From NCBI GenBank assembly GCA_973895155.1, contig OZ316892.1, positions 11,112,420 through 11,176,419 of the forward strand: 64,000 nt of DNA. Direction: 5' to 3'. The first letter of the stretch is position 1; the number at the start of each line of letters is the position of its first letter. Source of the stretch: Marsupella aquatica (Eukaryota; Plantae; Marchantiophyta). Below the pieces are notes generated by a model that saw only the letters and a list, made by a program, of their open reading frames with translations, did no database searches and had not been told where the DNA came from. The position numbers and the translations under genes were made by a program. This document shows positions 62,973 to 64,000 of this stretch, piece by piece.

Positions 62973-63333
62973 GGGCCACTTTACAAGATGGGCGCGCAAT
63001 TTAGTCCCTCTTTTTTCAGGATCGAATCAATCATGACGTTGTTTCAGCCTGCCCGGGCGCTCCTTGCTTTAGAAGACTGGCGCAGCAAGTTGTGCTGCGG
63101 GAACGACCAAACCTGCATTCTGGTATGGATCACCTTGGGCCAGCTGGCTCGGGACTCTCATCCGAGCGCTAGACTATTGGACAGCCAGAGGTGCAAAAAT
63201 GGGCAGGCTGCTTTCTCCTACGATTTTCCTGCCTTGGTCTGGTCTAGAGTCCTACCGTACACAAAAAGTCGGGCCCTGTTACAGCCCTGGTAGAAAGCAC
63301 TTAAATTGCCGCACCCGTCTTGTAAAGTGGCCC
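62973..63333. mobile_element. PIF/Harbinger (Tourist-like) MITE, 361 bp
   Basis: About 30-bp TIRs GGGCCACTTTACAAGA(T/C)GGG(C/T)GCG...CAATTTA, with a 3-bp TSD TCA at 62970-62972 and 63334-63336. Confidence 0.9.
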
Positions 63334-64000
63334 TCACTTCAACCATTAGATGTTTTCCTCTCCAAGCGTCGCAACTGTTAGGCACACCTTGCTCAACTCT
63401 AAAGCATATCTTGTTCTACTCTAGCACTATCAAGCTATATATTTATATTCTATGTGTGTTACATGAATTCCATCGGATTTATAGTTTCACCATAATTTGC
63501 TAGGTTGAATGGATCATAGAGTAGATATCAAACACTACTGATGAGACTAATTAAAGCCGGATCCAAAAGTAGGATGACCTTGCCAACAATATATTGAAAT
63601 TCTTCTTCTCAAACATTGTGTTTTGACTGTCATTCCACTGAGGGGCATTGTTTCATTGATCTGCCAAAAGAGTCCTTGGGTTTGGCTAAGGCTGCACATC
63701 ATTATTTGCATCTAGGAACAATGAAAGGAGGATTTTTGGACAAGCTTAAGAGACCATTTAAAACCGAGGCTCAGGATGATGATAAGATTGCCAATTACCT
63801 GGTATATTAATATCCCTCACAAAGTTGCTTGTCCTCACTTGTTGGTGGACCTTGCCTACAAAATATCGTGTTGTAACTGAGATGGCGTGGATAGTTTTTG
63901 TTTCTTATTGGATAGTCTCAGTAGTCATTTTTCATTGAAGTATGGTGTGGCAATCCAAGTACATGTCCTACCCGTTCTTGAACTGGGAGAATAGACTACC

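Overview
Eukaryotic, intron-rich land-plant nuclear DNA; a non-seed plant is likely, but the taxon is inferred. Seven protein-coding genes can be reconstructed: the 3' part of an MLO gene (+, to 3787); a 6-exon plastid-targeted gene fusing a CBM48 starch/glycogen-binding domain, an 18-aa repeat linker and an NdhV/DUF2996 domain (+, 7919-10819); membralin (-, 13203-19322); TRS120/TRAPPC9 (+, 26479-33326); an APY6-like apyrase (+, 36883-41186); the nuclear CemA homolog DLDG1 (-, 43517-47971); and SNAPC1/SNAP43 with an intronless CDS (-, 54037-54978). Intergenic DNA holds two inverted non-autonomous Helitrons plus a third relic, several MITEs, LTR-like relics and many tandem duplications. The best candidate for something new is the CBM48-NdhV fusion. 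Next are a perfectly paired 63-nt tRNA-like fold lacking a D-arm (4573-4635) and a possible small secreted-peptide ORF with an in-frame stop (58463-58780). All family assignments come from motif recognition by eye; no database search was run.
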